A DNA stretch of 64,000 nt from positions 8,832,259 to 8,896,258 of the forward strand of contig NC_068983.1 in the NCBI RefSeq assembly GCF_001194135.2, in the 5' to 3' direction. This DNA is from Octopus bimaculoides (lineage: Eukaryota). Positions 26,572-39,879 of this stretch are shown here, piece by piece; position 1 is the first letter of the stretch, and each line of letters starts with the position of its first letter. The position numbers and the translations under genes are program-made. Below the pieces are notes generated by a model. The model saw nothing but the letters and a program-made list of their open reading frames with translations, searched no databases and was not told the origin of the DNA.

Positions 26572-27395
26572 AAGGGCAGCGGGTGGGTAGAGCCTTCGCG
26601 GTATATCTTCCGACTCTCCGTTCTGAGTTCAAATTCTGCAGAGACCGACCTTGCCTTTCGTCCTTTCGAATTCGATGAAATAAGTACTAATGGAACACGG
26701 GTCGATGTAATTGACTATGCCCCTCCCCTAAAAAGGCTGCCCTTCTGCCAAATTGTGAAACCATATCTATGAGGACATCGAGGGGGTAGAACTGCAAGAA
26801 GGCCGGACGAAATTATTCGCAGCATTTCGTTCGGCTTCATGTTCTGAGTAAAAATTCCGCGGAAGTTTACTTTGCCTCTTATCACTCGAAGTCAGTGAAA
26901 TGAGTGATACTAGAGTCGATGTGATCGACTAACCCCTTCTCCTAAAATGCTTCCCTTGTGCTTATCGCCAGAAAGAGTTAATAATAATAATAATAATCCT
27001 TTCTACTATAGGCATAAAGCCTGAAATTTGTTGGGGAGGGGACTAATCGACTATCGGCCCCAGTGTTTCACTGCTGATTCATTTATCAATCCTGAAGGGA
27101 TGAAAGCCAAAGTCGGCTATGGCGGAATTTGAACTCAGACCGCAGTGACAGAAGCAATACCACTAAGCATTTCACTCGGCGTAGTAGCGATTATGTCAGC
27201 TGGTAAAATAGTGAACGCGTCGGACAACATGCTTGGAGGCATTTCTTCCAACTTTACATTCTGAGTTCAAATTCTGCGGAGGCTGACTTAGCCTTTCATA
27301 TCTTGGAGATTGAGAAAATAAGTACCAGTTGTGTATTGGGCTAGATATCATCAATTATCCCCTCTCCCCAAATTTCAGATGTTGGTTCTATGTGA
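26572..27395. mobile_element. Cluster of four family-A SINEs (orientations +,+,-,+)
   Basis: ttctgagttcaaattctgc.ga...gac.t.gcctttc core at about 26622, 26842 and 27260; reverse core gcggaatttgaactcag at 27122; (AAT)n tail at 26981. Confidence 0.8.
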
Positions 27396-28589
27396 GAATG
27401 GATTATATGTATAACAAACGAGAAGACACTTTAGCACACCGGATAAAATCCTTTGTGGGATTTTCTCAAGGTTTATATTTTATGTTCGGATCCTTTGTGG
27501 TCGACTTTGTCTTTTATAATTGCAGGATGCATTAAAACGTGCACTAGTCAATTACTCAGGTTGAAAAAAAAGAGACTTGCCCACTCACCGAAACTGTGTG
27601 GCTCCGTACCTGTATTAGAAAGAGTAATTATTGTTGTAGTTATTTTTTTTCACTGTTACTATGAAGGGTGAAATGAGATGGTGAGTGAATCCTTCCTTCC
27701 AAGAAAACTGTTAGAAGACCGATGAGAGTGGCGTGCATTGTCCAAGCGAAAGCCCCGGCTCTACGCTTGCGCCTATAGACTGGCGCAGAAGAGCTGGAAT
27801 GGCGCTTATCTTAGTCGTCAGTGGTTTTGCGACATCTCTATGATAGCGCGTGGAAGAATCCCCCAATTTTGTGTAATATTCTTTTATCTTCTGAATTTCG
27901 TTCTTTTGTCTTTATTTCACATTTACATTTTCCTATGTAATCTCACACTATGTCGCCTGCACTATCCCATTTCGTCCTATATCGTGTTATATCGCCCTGT
28001 ACCGTCATGTACCGTCCTCAATCTTCTTCTCAACGACTTGTGGCTAATAAAGAAAGCATTGTTCTTGATATTAGCACTCCCGATATACCAACACTGATAA
28101 TACTATTGTTTTTCTTATTAGAGCCAGACGTATTCTTGTCGATATCGGTGTTGTTCTTATTAATGTTCTGCGCCGAGGTATCGATGAAGCTGTTGATTCT
28201 GTTGCTACCAAACAGATTGCTATCGTTGCTAATGCTGCTGGCGTCTTTAGCGTCAGATATTGCTTTTATTGATATTGAGAGCTTTCTTGTTATTCTGGCC
28301 AAATGTAAATGAGTAGAGATGGCTTTTGCTCTTCGTTTTCTTAATGATACTATACTATTGGTTATAGTGTTGTTAGTGTAGGTGTATATAAAAACTAAAA
28401 TCGATATGTCTCCTTTAGTTGTCTGACACTTTAAACATCTGATATAATATACAAAGCAAATGCCCGTGATCCATGTCAGCCAATGCTTAGCCGGCATTTA
28501 TGATCGATATGGTCACGTGGCACTGTTGTTGCAGAGTCCACATTTCCTTCCGCTTCATTTACCTCCTTCCCACCTCATCTTCCTCCCCT

Positions 28590-29890
28590 TCGTCATCATC
28601 ATCATCGTCTTCGTTTTCGTTTTCTTTTAAGATATACTTGATGTATTCACTCTTGGTGTATCAAAATTTTCTGCTTTGTTTTATAACAATACAGCTAATG
28701 AGGACAATGAACGTCGGGGGTGGTTCTGACAGTGATGATGATGATGAGGATGATGATCATGATGATGAGGATGATGATCATGATGATGAGGATGATGTCG
28801 ATGCTGCTGCTACTGCTGATGGCAATCATTGATGAAGGTAAAGTCTAAAACCAAGAAGACCGTGATGATGATGATAATAATGATGATTATGATGACGGTG
28901 ATAATGATTATGATGACGATTATCATTAATATCATTGCCGTCGTTGTTCTTGTCATTATTATCATGATCATTACCATCATCAGCATAATCATCATCTTCA
29001 CCGACACCACCACCACTCCTAACACCACCATCATCATCATCATCATCATCAACATGATCGTACTCGACAGTTTCCTACAACGTCAATAAAATTAATTGTG
29101 GTCATATCGATGATGGCCTCACCCAAGTCGGAGTGATTCCAAATGACAGCGTTTGTTGTGGCGGATCAGTTGAATTCCTTGTTGTTGTTGATGTTATGGT
29201 AGCCATTGTGTTGAAGATGGTAGTAGTAGCAGTAGACGCGGTAGTGGCGGCAGAGATAGAGTTAATAGTGGTAAAAATCATTATCGGAGGGGTCCGAATG
29301 AGTTTTCGGGTCACATTAAGTGAAGGAATTTTTGTTCGTTGGTGGGCGGGGGTGGGTTGGTTGGTGGCGGGGTTGTGTCGTTGCTGTCATGTTGTTATTC
29401 GAGTTGTTGGTCATGTAAGGAACGCTGTTGAGGTTGTAGTGAGAGTTGTGGATCTGGTAGTGCTAGCAGTGTCAGAAATACTATTAGCCGTCGTGGTGTT
29501 GACAGTAGTATAATACCAAGTAGTAGTAGTAGTAGTATTAATAGTAACAGCAGCAACAATTGTGCTGGTAGTAGTAGTAATGGTCGTAGTAATAGTAGTA
29601 GTAGTGTTTATAGCAGCATCAACACTAGCATACAAAGTGGTTGCAGTAGTAGTGGTGATTGTAGTAGCAGTTGCGCAGATAGTGTGGTTAGTAGCGGTAG
29701 TAGTAGTGGTGGTGGTGGTGGTAGTAGTAAAGGTTGTGGCGATAGTAGTAGTAGTAGTAGTGTTTATAGCAGCAGCAACAAGGACAGTAGCGGAAGTAGT
29801 TGAAGCTGCAGTGATTGTAACTGCAGCAGTAGTAGTGGTGGTGGTGGTGAGATTGTAGGAGTAGTAGTACTAGTAGTAGTAGTTATTGTT
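28590..29890. repeat. Degenerate trinucleotide low-complexity tract (CAT/GAT, then GTA/GTG/GTT)
   Basis: Direct observation. Confidence 0.9.
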
Positions 29891-30712
29891 GCTGTTTTTT
29901 TTTTTTAAGAATGACGGTTTTGATTGCGAAAGCGCATGGCGTATAAAATCTACTTTAATTTATTAATGCAAAATTCGATCCTTTCCACCCACAATATCGA
30001 CGAGAATTTCATGATTATTTTTTTCTTCTATTTATTTATCTTTCCTATTAGGGATCCGATAAATCGAATTTATAAAGGTCGTACGAGCTTTAAAGATTCT
30101 TCCCCACCTCTATGTTTCAGGCGAGCATATTCAAATATGCTGATCATATGTAATTATCGCTTACGAACTTATCGGAATCCAATCCGACCGAGGCTTGGTG
30201 TAAAAATTGATAAAACTGAACGCTATCACATGAATTAAAAATATGTATATGTCTGCATGCATGCATGTATGTATGTATGTATGGATGGATTGATGTGTAT
30301 AAGATCTATGTGTGTTTGTGTGTGTATATGTGTCTATGTGTGTTAATATGTAAACTGTTTTGCATTCGATCCATATTACCAAGATTAAATTAGATTGCTT
30401 GCATTGCATATTTTCCAGTTTAAGCATTTATGCACATGTATGCATTGATAGATGTATGCATGATGGACGCATATATGTATGTATATCTGTATGTATGTAC
30501 ATATATATATGTGTGCGTATATGCGAAAAACACGTACTCACGAATGTATGTGCACAGACATCGGAAAGAATGTAGCTTTGAGATATTTATTTATATAATT
30601 TCACAAATACTTCTATACATGAATATACACGTACGTTCTTTTGTTCACATACACACACACGCGCGTATATACACTCATACACATATACGTGCACGTGCGG
30701 TTGTCTGTCCGT

Positions 30713-30762
<50 letters not shown>

Positions 30763-32208
30763 GTGCGTGTGCGTGTGTGTGTGCGTGTGCGTGTGTGTGT
30801 CAGTGATTCTATGTTCGTTTTACTTCTTTCAGAGAACTCCTTGTAAACTGGTCAATCGTTTCTAAGTGTATAGGTTAGTTGGTACATATTTATATTATGT
30901 TATTCTGTACTTTCTAACGTGGTTTTGGAAAGAAATCTCTCTGAACCCACAATCGTTTGCATTACCTTTTATTCACCACACCACTGTGTTTTCCCCAGCC
31001 ATAGCTAAAGAAACAATATCTTCATTTTGTCGCATATATAACCATGTGCTTAAAAATCTGGTACTGTAACGACGTTTTTCATTGAAAAATTCAGATAATG
31101 CATGATCGGCGAAGATTGCTGAAAAGAGAACAGGAAACATCAAGTTTTGTACATGATTTTCTTAAAAATTTAGAAAAGTTTCTTGTGTTCTTGAATTGCT
31201 GTGGATAGTCTACGAGGCACCAGCAGATCAGTCAGTATCATTTCATGAAGCAGTAGAAACACGCTTCAAATTATTCACTAATATATCCAGCAGCCTCAAG
31301 CGACAACGGTAAAACAATTTACAAATGTCCAATCTCGTCCGATGAAATCAATGAGACCTTTGTCTCATTAACATATACTTATACAAGAGCACACACGACA
31401 GACATTTCAAAAGCGAAACGAAATATAAGATATCTACAAATATCAATTTAATAATATGCATTGCATAATCTGTCTCTCCTATGCAATAAAATATGTTTTC
31501 ATGCGTGTGTGTCTGCATGCATGTACGTACGTATTCAAATATCATTATTTTATTTCTGTGTAACAATAGCATTTTCAAATAAAAGCAAAGTAATGCCGTT
31601 TCAAATATCTATTGAAAATTAATAGAAATTTGGTAAAGTATTGGGCTACTTTACCAAAATTTAATTCATTGTGAATGTAATGTTTGCAATTTAAAAAAAA
31701 ATATTTTTATTTTATATTATACAAATAGATTTAAAATTTCAATATGACTAACAATAATTGAAATCTTGAAAAAGACCAAAAACTAACATCCATTTCACGA
31801 TACTTTTTCAATTATCAAATATTTCATTCTTTGTAACGTGTATTTAATTTTTATGAATTTTTCGATTAATGCATAAACACTTGCACACTCACATGCGCAC
31901 TAACATACACACATACGCGCACACACTCACACATACACGCGTACACACACGCACGCATGTATGTATATATGCGTGTGTATACGCTTGGTATTGAATGTTG
32001 GATAAAGAGTATTCCATACAATTGAAGCGATGAATAATATATTTTATTTTAGCTGAGTCAGTCACCTGATACTCGGAGTTATCAAGGGACTGGGGTGAAC
32101 AGGGTCTTCCGGTAAGTTATAAAAGAATATTGGTAGAAATTAGAGATCAATGTGGAAATAATTACACTAATTCTTGTTTCATGCTGGGTATCTATCTATC
32201 ATATATAT

Positions 32209-32695
32209 CATCATCATCATCATTTAACGGCCGCTTTTCACGCTAGTATGGGTTGGACGATTTGACCGAGGACTGGTGAAACCAGATGGCTACACCAGGC
32301 TCCAATCTGATTTGGCAGAGTTTCTACAACTGGATGCCCTTCCTAACGTCAACCACTCCGAGAGTGTAGTGGGTGCTTTTACGTGCCGCCGGCACGAGGG
32401 CCAGTCAGGCTGTTCTGGCAACGGCCACGCTCAAAATGGTGTTTTTACGTGCCACATGCACAGGCGCCAGTCGAGCGACACTGGCAACGACCTCGTTCGA
32501 ATGTTTTCTAACGTGCCACCGGCACAAGTGCCAGTAAGGTGACGCTGGTAACGATCACGCTCAAATGGTGCTATTTACGTACGACTGTCACGGAAACCAG
32601 ACAGCCGCTCTGGCAACGATCACGCTTGGACGGTGTTGTTAGTGACCCACTGGCACAGGTGCCAGTCATCGGATATGGTTCAATTAAGATTTCGA
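32209..32695 (-). mobile_element. Retroposon-like repeat with (GAT)n tail and four internal tandem sub-repeats of about 65 bp
   Basis: (CAT)n at 32209-32223; tttacgtgccaccggcac...ctggcaacga.cacgct recurs four times between about 32375 and 32660. Confidence 0.7.
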
Positions 32696-32809
32696 TTATA
32701 TGTATANNNNNNNNNNNNNNNNNNNNNNNNNNNNNNNNNNNNNNNNNNATATAAAGGTTAGAATATCATCGTATACAGTTTTTAAAAAATTATTTTTTTT
32801 ATTTCACTG

Positions 32810-32945
32810 TTTATTTTCTCTTCCTTATTTCTGTTGAAGAGCGTAAGCTCGAAATGTAAAAAGTCTTTCTCACTTTCCCGAGCGTCAAACTAATACACCT
32901 GCTTGTTGTTCATGCACCTGTCTTCGTCTTTTGCTTTTCTATAAA
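32810..32945 (+). repeat. Penelope-associated short repeat with degenerate hammerhead-like core
   Basis: tttCTGTTGAagagcgtaagctcGAAATGTaaaa, followed by the same 3' sequence as the 6060 and 15165 copies. Confidence 0.55.
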
Positions 32946-33084
32946 TTTGAGCTATTCCTTCATATCACTTCCATGGTGTTATCCATTTTTCTATGTTCTC
33001 TCTGGTTGGAAAATTAACTTCCCAAACGTTAGCATTTTCATACTTTCCATTGAAGTGTTAAACTAATACCATGTTTCTTAGCGC

Positions 33085-33990
33085 TTGCTTATCCTATGCC
33101 CGGAAACACAGACCAGCTCCATCCAGAAACACAGACCAACTAAACGTCGCAGGTGGGATATCTTCAAAACCTGTTTACTGAAAATTCCCAACTTCAATGA
33201 GAAAACAACCTCGACCATCATCTACAAGACTATCAGCAGGGAGAGATTCGACATTCGGTTGGCCCATTCAGGATCGTCCCTACGTAAACACTTATTGACG
33301 GGGTGGTCAAGTGCAGTACAATAACCCGACACACTAACGAACTTCCTCATTCATGACATTACCATGTGCCTACGAACGTGCGTAGTATACCAAACACGAT
33401 GTTCGACATTTTACAACTACTACACCGATGGCACAACACAAACAACGCACGTCCGAATCAAGGAGCATCTTACTGCCAACGCTTGCTCATTCAACAACTA
33501 CCTGACCAAATACGGCAAGACCACCAAAGAGTAGACCCCTCTATAGTAGGCTCCAAGAGGATCACTGGCAGTTTACTTGGTAAAGAAGCTCTGTTCATCC
33601 ACATTCCCAAACACAAAATTAACAGTCGATTGCAGTTGAGCCGCTGACACATTTGACGCAGCATCCAGAACATGGTGAACGGCCTACAAAAACAGCTGGA
33701 GTCTTGTTTACAGCAACACTTGAACAGCCGGCAACACTTGGAGAGTGACTGGTACTAATACTATATTTCAATAAAGCTATCACATCATCCTACAGATGGT
33801 AAGTAGCCTACATCAATAACTGCAAGTTTGCACCAACGCATAGAGCATCGATTAGACCTACGCTTGGAGAGTGACTGTTACTGCTGCATAACGCTTGGGC
33901 TTTTGTATGGGTTAATGGAGCATGCATAACTGGACATCAATTCCCAGACACTTGTTCTACTGAAGGTGGGCATTTTCGCCTAAAATAAAA
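33085..33990 (+). mobile_element. Penelope-like element remnant (GIY-YIG endonuclease and 3' region)
   Basis: LKIPNFNEKT...DIRLAHSGSSLRKHL; CVVYQTRCSTFYNYYTDGTTQTTHVRIKEHL (GIY-YIG pattern VVY...C..C...YIG.T.R.L..RIKEH); KEALFIHIPKHKINSR. Confidence 0.8.
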
Positions 33991-34046
33991 GGCATTATGA
34001 AACTTTCCGCTTTGTCAGAAGCTTTCTATTTTCTCTCTTTTTACGT

Positions 34047-34830
<784 letters not shown>

Positions 34831-35332
34831 TTGTTGATGCAAACAGGAAAGTTATGCAACTCAAAATATGTGTATGTGTGTGTGTGTGTGTGTATACAAC
34901 TTGCTATCTTTTTTTTCTATATACACGAACACACGTACACAGAAGTGCGCGAAGAAACACTCACATTGCCATACATTTGGGCACATACATACAAACGGAT
35001 TTTTTATATATATACATATATCTATTGTAGACACAGAACACTATTTCCTGACGATTCCTCTTATGTTGCTTAAAATATCACCGTAACTTTTTCAATTTCT
35101 CATGCAATATCTTAGCATAATATTTACATAATCAAAATAAAACCTGCTTGTAGTAAACGAAAAACAACACTGCTACACTTATCTATTCAAAATTTACATC
35201 ATGTGACAGTTTTNNNNNNNNNNNNNNNNNNNNNNNNNNNNNNNNNNNNNNNNNNNNNNNNNNNNNNNNNNNNNNNNNNNNNNNNNNNNNNNNNNNNNNN
35301 NNNNNNNNNNNNNATATACATACATATAAATC

Positions 35333-35363
<31 letters not shown>

Positions 35364-35989
35364 CTGTACTATATGTGTGCACATATATGAATGCGTAATG
35401 AGAGATCGGGAATCCCTGATGGCCATTTTGATTGCATCAAATAACATTTACATGATTGGTCACTTTACTGTTGAACCAATTTAAATGTTTACAAGTTAAA
35501 ACATTAACAACCTATGTGATTGCTCTCATGTTGCTTAAAACCAATTATAGACATTCCATTTGCTGCTTAGTGCCCTACTGACAACACACATTGATTTTTA
35601 TGCCATTTTCAAACAGAAGCGTTCGAACCATTACATTCTTCTCTCTTTGTGGCCTGGCATAAATCGAAGTCTTTAACTCTACTATTATCTTTCATAATTG
35701 CTAACATGATTGCGTAGACCGCTGCACGTTTCTTGGATTTTAAACAGAACTTTCTATTTAATGAAGTTGTTAGTATTAAAATACAACTGTTAACCTTTCC
35801 CCATGAATGTAGGTTCACAATTCAGACTCCTAATAAAATTCTAAACAATCTATTCCATTCAATTTACAATATCTAAATAAGGCATGGACACTTCATCACT
35901 TTTCATGTTGCAATAACTCCAGCACTCGCCAAATCCGATCCATTAGATATTATAAATCTTCTGAACTGTCACTCCACCGTCCAGGTTTT

Positions 35990-36165
35990 TTCTATTACTC
36001 AGTCAGTGTCCTCCGCGCCCTGGATTAAGCTCATCTGATATACTTCAAGCCAAGCAGTTCCGACTCACTTGTCTCTCCTCTCGACGACGATGTTCCCCAT
36101 TTCAGGTGTCGCTTTAAGAATCACACACAGTGCTTCCTGCATGGTTTTCCAAACAATTAGATATC
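35990..36165 (-). mobile_element. RTE-like LINE extreme 3' remnant
   Basis: KTMQEALCVILK...RRDK resembles RTE KTW.E.V..DL.....DR..W. Confidence 0.3.
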
Positions 36166-36429
36166 GACTGTTTCTTCTAGAACACAGTTGTGTGTTATTA
36201 TTTAATTTTTGATAGAGGGGAATGGGCTCACGTGATAAGCCTGGCCCGCTACCGAGCTCATTGACACGGGCTGATTCTAGACCAATCTATGGGAAACATT
36301 TACATGAAAGCGTATTTTCAGGAATCGACCAGGATCTCTTTTTTATACCTTATTTTTCTCAAGCTATCATTTACTGAGGGCCTACTAGTATCTTATGACG
36401 ACTGCTTTTCTCTTCATAAGAGAATATGG

Positions 36430-36950
36430 GACGGTGGTGGCGCATTCCTCCGGGAGTATATGCTGCCAAGCTAGTTGCAGCTATAATAATGAACCTGGGG
36501 TAAAATATAACCATTCTCCAGGCCACAGTGGTAGAGGAAATTAATTTGAGGGGACAATGCCTAAACATGTTAATTCAAGCAGAATTCCCTACGCTGGAAG
36601 AAATTCCAGAAATAAGAAACATCGGAGAGGAGAGGCTGATCGTATTCGGGGAAGACAGGAAGTCTAGATGCTTTAACTGCGGGGTAAAGGGCCATATAAT
36701 GTCCAAATGCAAACCCCACAAAAAAGTGCAGGAAGTAGAGGAAGGAGAAGGAACAACAACAGTGGAAACGTCACCTACATCAGTAGAGACGCCACTAACA
36801 CTATCAAAACAAGAAGAAGAGAGCGACAAAAAAGACAAAGAGGAGGGGTAGTCGACCATTTAAAAAAAAAGAAGGAAGAAAACACAGACCGCTCCTACCA
36901 AACTGAAAATAAGGAAAAGGAAACGAAAAGAAAAAGACATTAGCTATATG
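36430..36950 (+). mobile_element. L1/Tx1-clade LINE ORF1 remnant with CCHC zinc knuckle
   Basis: RCFNCGVKGHIMSKC (CX2CX4HX4C) followed by an E/K-rich tail; in-frame stop just upstream. Confidence 0.7.
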
Positions 36951-37249
36951 GCCATTATGGCATCCAACAACAGACTGATTAACCGTTTGGCAGCTATTTT
37001 ATTTGCCAAAAGCTTCATAGAAAGACTTTCTCAATTACAGGATACGCTGGAAGGATTACGAAGAGATTAAGTCTGAATATTTCCATGACGTAGGCCCTCT
37101 AAGGATGGATTATTCTTCATGCATTTACGAGGGCCTAAGTAAAAAAATTAAAAAAACACGAGCCCGAGAGAAAGAAAAGGAGGAGGAAAATGAATTCACT
37201 TCGGACAACTGACTGGGGTTAAGTCATGTCTAGCATTCATGTAGGTTGT

Positions 37250-37500
37250 ATAAGTGTGCGTGGCTTGGTGTCATGCTCGAAGAAAAGATTTAGAGGAAGC
37301 AATGAAAACTAGCTCTGCGGCTCAGGTGTCGGCCAAGAGACGGGCGTTAAACCAGCACCTCGAATCCCAACACATGGGTTGCATTGTCAGGGCTAGGCTA
37401 CGTGCAGTGGGGTGTGAGGGAATCGAGGCTGCAGGATGAACCAGAGTGGTGGAAGCGCAATGTAGTAATGTTGCCACAATCCGATCTTTGACGAACCAGC
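37250..37500 (+). mobile_element. L1/Tx1-clade LINE ORF2 fragment (endonuclease-RT linker)
   Basis: LNQHLESQHMGCIVRARLR...IEAAG*TRVVEAQ...TIRSL resembles the Tx1 G..VRAR....E motif; lies downstream of the ORF1 remnant. Confidence 0.55.
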
Positions 37501-38114
37501 TGACATGGGCGGAATTTGAACGCAAAGACGAAATGCCGATGTTATACTCGAATAATTCCCAATCGCAAATGTTGAATTTGAGTTGAAAATATATTTCCTT
37601 TAGTTAATGATAAATAAAATTTTCGTCAGACTTTCTTTTGGCTGTTCAAGTTTTCACAGCTTGCCTTTTTAAAGCAGGTTTAATATAAATTGAAAACACA
37701 GTACGCCACCGGCACCACCACCAGTTCTTAATTCTACTGACTAATACCATAGTGATTTCTATGTTACTAGTACCATGGTAATTCTCTTCTAATCACTAGA
37801 ACCAGAGTTACCACTTGCGGTTTCCTCCTATCTTTACAGATATTAACTTAAAGAAAGCTTCGGTTGGACTTGCGACATGTCATACCGACATGATGTGAAG
37901 TGTTTAGCCTGTTCTTCACTGTCTAAAACAACAAAATATCAATATTCAACTGCATTTGAGATAAAGATTTTCTTATATTCTTAGTAATTTTTCCTCTCAT
38001 TTTTGTAACAGTTTTAAGAACGATCTCTTCTGCATATTCACATATAATAGTATGATTAACTTACCTTTTTGTAAACAATCCTTTACTCTTAGTGATTTTC
38101 TTAATTAGTCCTCT

Positions 38115-38323
38115 CTGCTATAGGCACAAGGCCTGACATTTTTGGGGAAGGACTAGTCGATTATATCGACCCCAGTGTCTCACTGGTACTTAATTTATAA
38201 ACCACGAAAGGATAAAAGGCAAAGTCGACCTCGGTGGAATTTGAACTTCAGAACGTAGCGACGGGAGAAATACGGCTAAGCATTTCGTCCAGTGTGTGAA
38301 GGATTTTACCTGGTCGCCGCCTT
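38115..38323 (-). mobile_element. SINE family A, near full length
   Basis: gtcgattatatcgaccccagtg...aaaggcaaagtcgacctcggtggaatttgaactt...tcgccgcctt. Confidence 0.85.
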
Positions 38324-39399
38324 AATATGGCTCAGGGTGGTAGTTGAAATACAAATGTATACCTTCAATTTATACATAGTTTTCAATTATTCAGAGCGAA
38401 AGATAGCAAAATTAAAAAATGGTAACTGCATACACGTGTTGCTCAGGTGCAAGCTTCATGTGCTCTTCAGAATTATGTATTTAAAATAGAAGCAACTCGT
38501 TTATTTATTACAGAATGATTTAAATTATATTTTTGTGCAGTTATCCCATAAAAGCATGCATATTTGTGAACACACACACACACACACACACACGTTTATG
38601 TATATTCGTATGTACGTATAGTAATAGAGTAGTGTGTTTTTCGTGACGCATTGTGTGATATATGTAAACATTTCTTATTAATTTTTTACAGCCAAAATAA
38701 TGCAAGTTATAAAAAAAAAAGAAGCTTGTGCAGATTGATGGATATAGAGTTTCCATTCAAATAATTGCCATGCTTTCGCTCCTGTAAAAAAAATGCGTTT
38801 TTAACACTTTGACATTATGTCTGACAATTCAGCCATGTAATCAGAAGAGAGAGAGAGAGAGAGGAAAAAAACTGTAATGCCGATTATAAACATTTTTAAT
38901 CTTTCAGTTGGTTATGCCATCAAGATTATGCTAAGACTTAGAATATCTTGTTACTGTATTTTACTAAATCTATTAAATCTCTTATCTAAATATTATAGTT
39001 AGCCTGCCATCATTTGAATTAGCTGTTGATAGGAAAAAAAAAATCCAGTGAGGTCATATTTAAGACTTACTTCTATCTAACTACCTATTTATTTATCTAT
39101 CAATCCATTCCTATCTATGTCTCCCTAGCTATATATCTATTTATCTTGCTGGCTCTCTTGTTTCTTGTGACTTAGTGGTTAGGTTATTCAGCTCACAAAC
39201 GTAACTTTATCAGTTCAATATCCGGTAGTGCATTGCATTCTTCGCCAACCGGTCTATTTCACGCTGCTTCATTTCTCTCAGCTGCTAAAAATGATTTGTA
39301 TCTGTGTCATGCTGAATCTCACTGAAAACTGTGCTAGGAGTACGCCTGTTACTTGAGTGCTCAACCACTTACACGTTCATTATATATAAATATATATAT

Positions 39400-39600
39400 T
39401 AGTCAATCCAAACATGAACAAGCATGAAAAAACACGAATAAAACAACAACACTAGGATGTGGAATAAGTACAGTGTTATTAGAATCAAAGGAAAGGAAAG
39501 AAAAGAAAGAGGATTTCACGTTTCGAGCGGAGCTCTTCATCAGAAATATAGGAAAAGTCCAAAGGAGGGAAGACGGAGAGAGAAAATCGCCAACGATGCA
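39400..39600 (-). repeat. Penelope-associated repeat containing a minimal hammerhead-like motif (39513-39547)
   Basis: Minus: attt-CTGATGA-a-gagc-tcc-gctc-GAA-ACGT-G-aaat. Confidence 0.6.
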
Positions 39601-39602
39601 CA

Positions 39603-39645
<43 letters not shown>

Positions 39646-39649
39646 TAAA

Positions 39650-39770
39650 TTTCGTTTTTGTATCTGGTTTGCAAGATCCTTTATGGGAATTCGTATGTTG
39701 AAGTAAATTTTGTTACGTCTGGTGACAGACATATTGTCCTAAGGCCTCATCTAACACGCTCACTGGTTCG
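39650..39770 (+). mobile_element. Short RTE LINE remnant
   Basis: RMLK*ILL..SGDRH...RPHL resembles RTE R.PK.IL.GE...G.R..GRP.L; homologous to 24941-25021. Confidence 0.4.
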
Positions 39771-39806
39771 ATTTACACTCATTTATAATTCATATTTGTG
39801 TTTCTC

Positions 39807-39879
<73 letters not shown>

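Noticed and set aside
28030-28497. 155-aa Ser/Asn/Ile-rich ORF (minus) and overlapping plus ORFs
   Set aside because: Low-complexity, triplet-derived composition contiguous with the neighbouring trinucleotide tract; no domain.
36528-36851. Host CCHC zinc-knuckle gene
   Set aside because: In-frame upstream stop, no splice sites, and a Tx1/L1 ORF2 fragment downstream indicate a LINE ORF1 relic.
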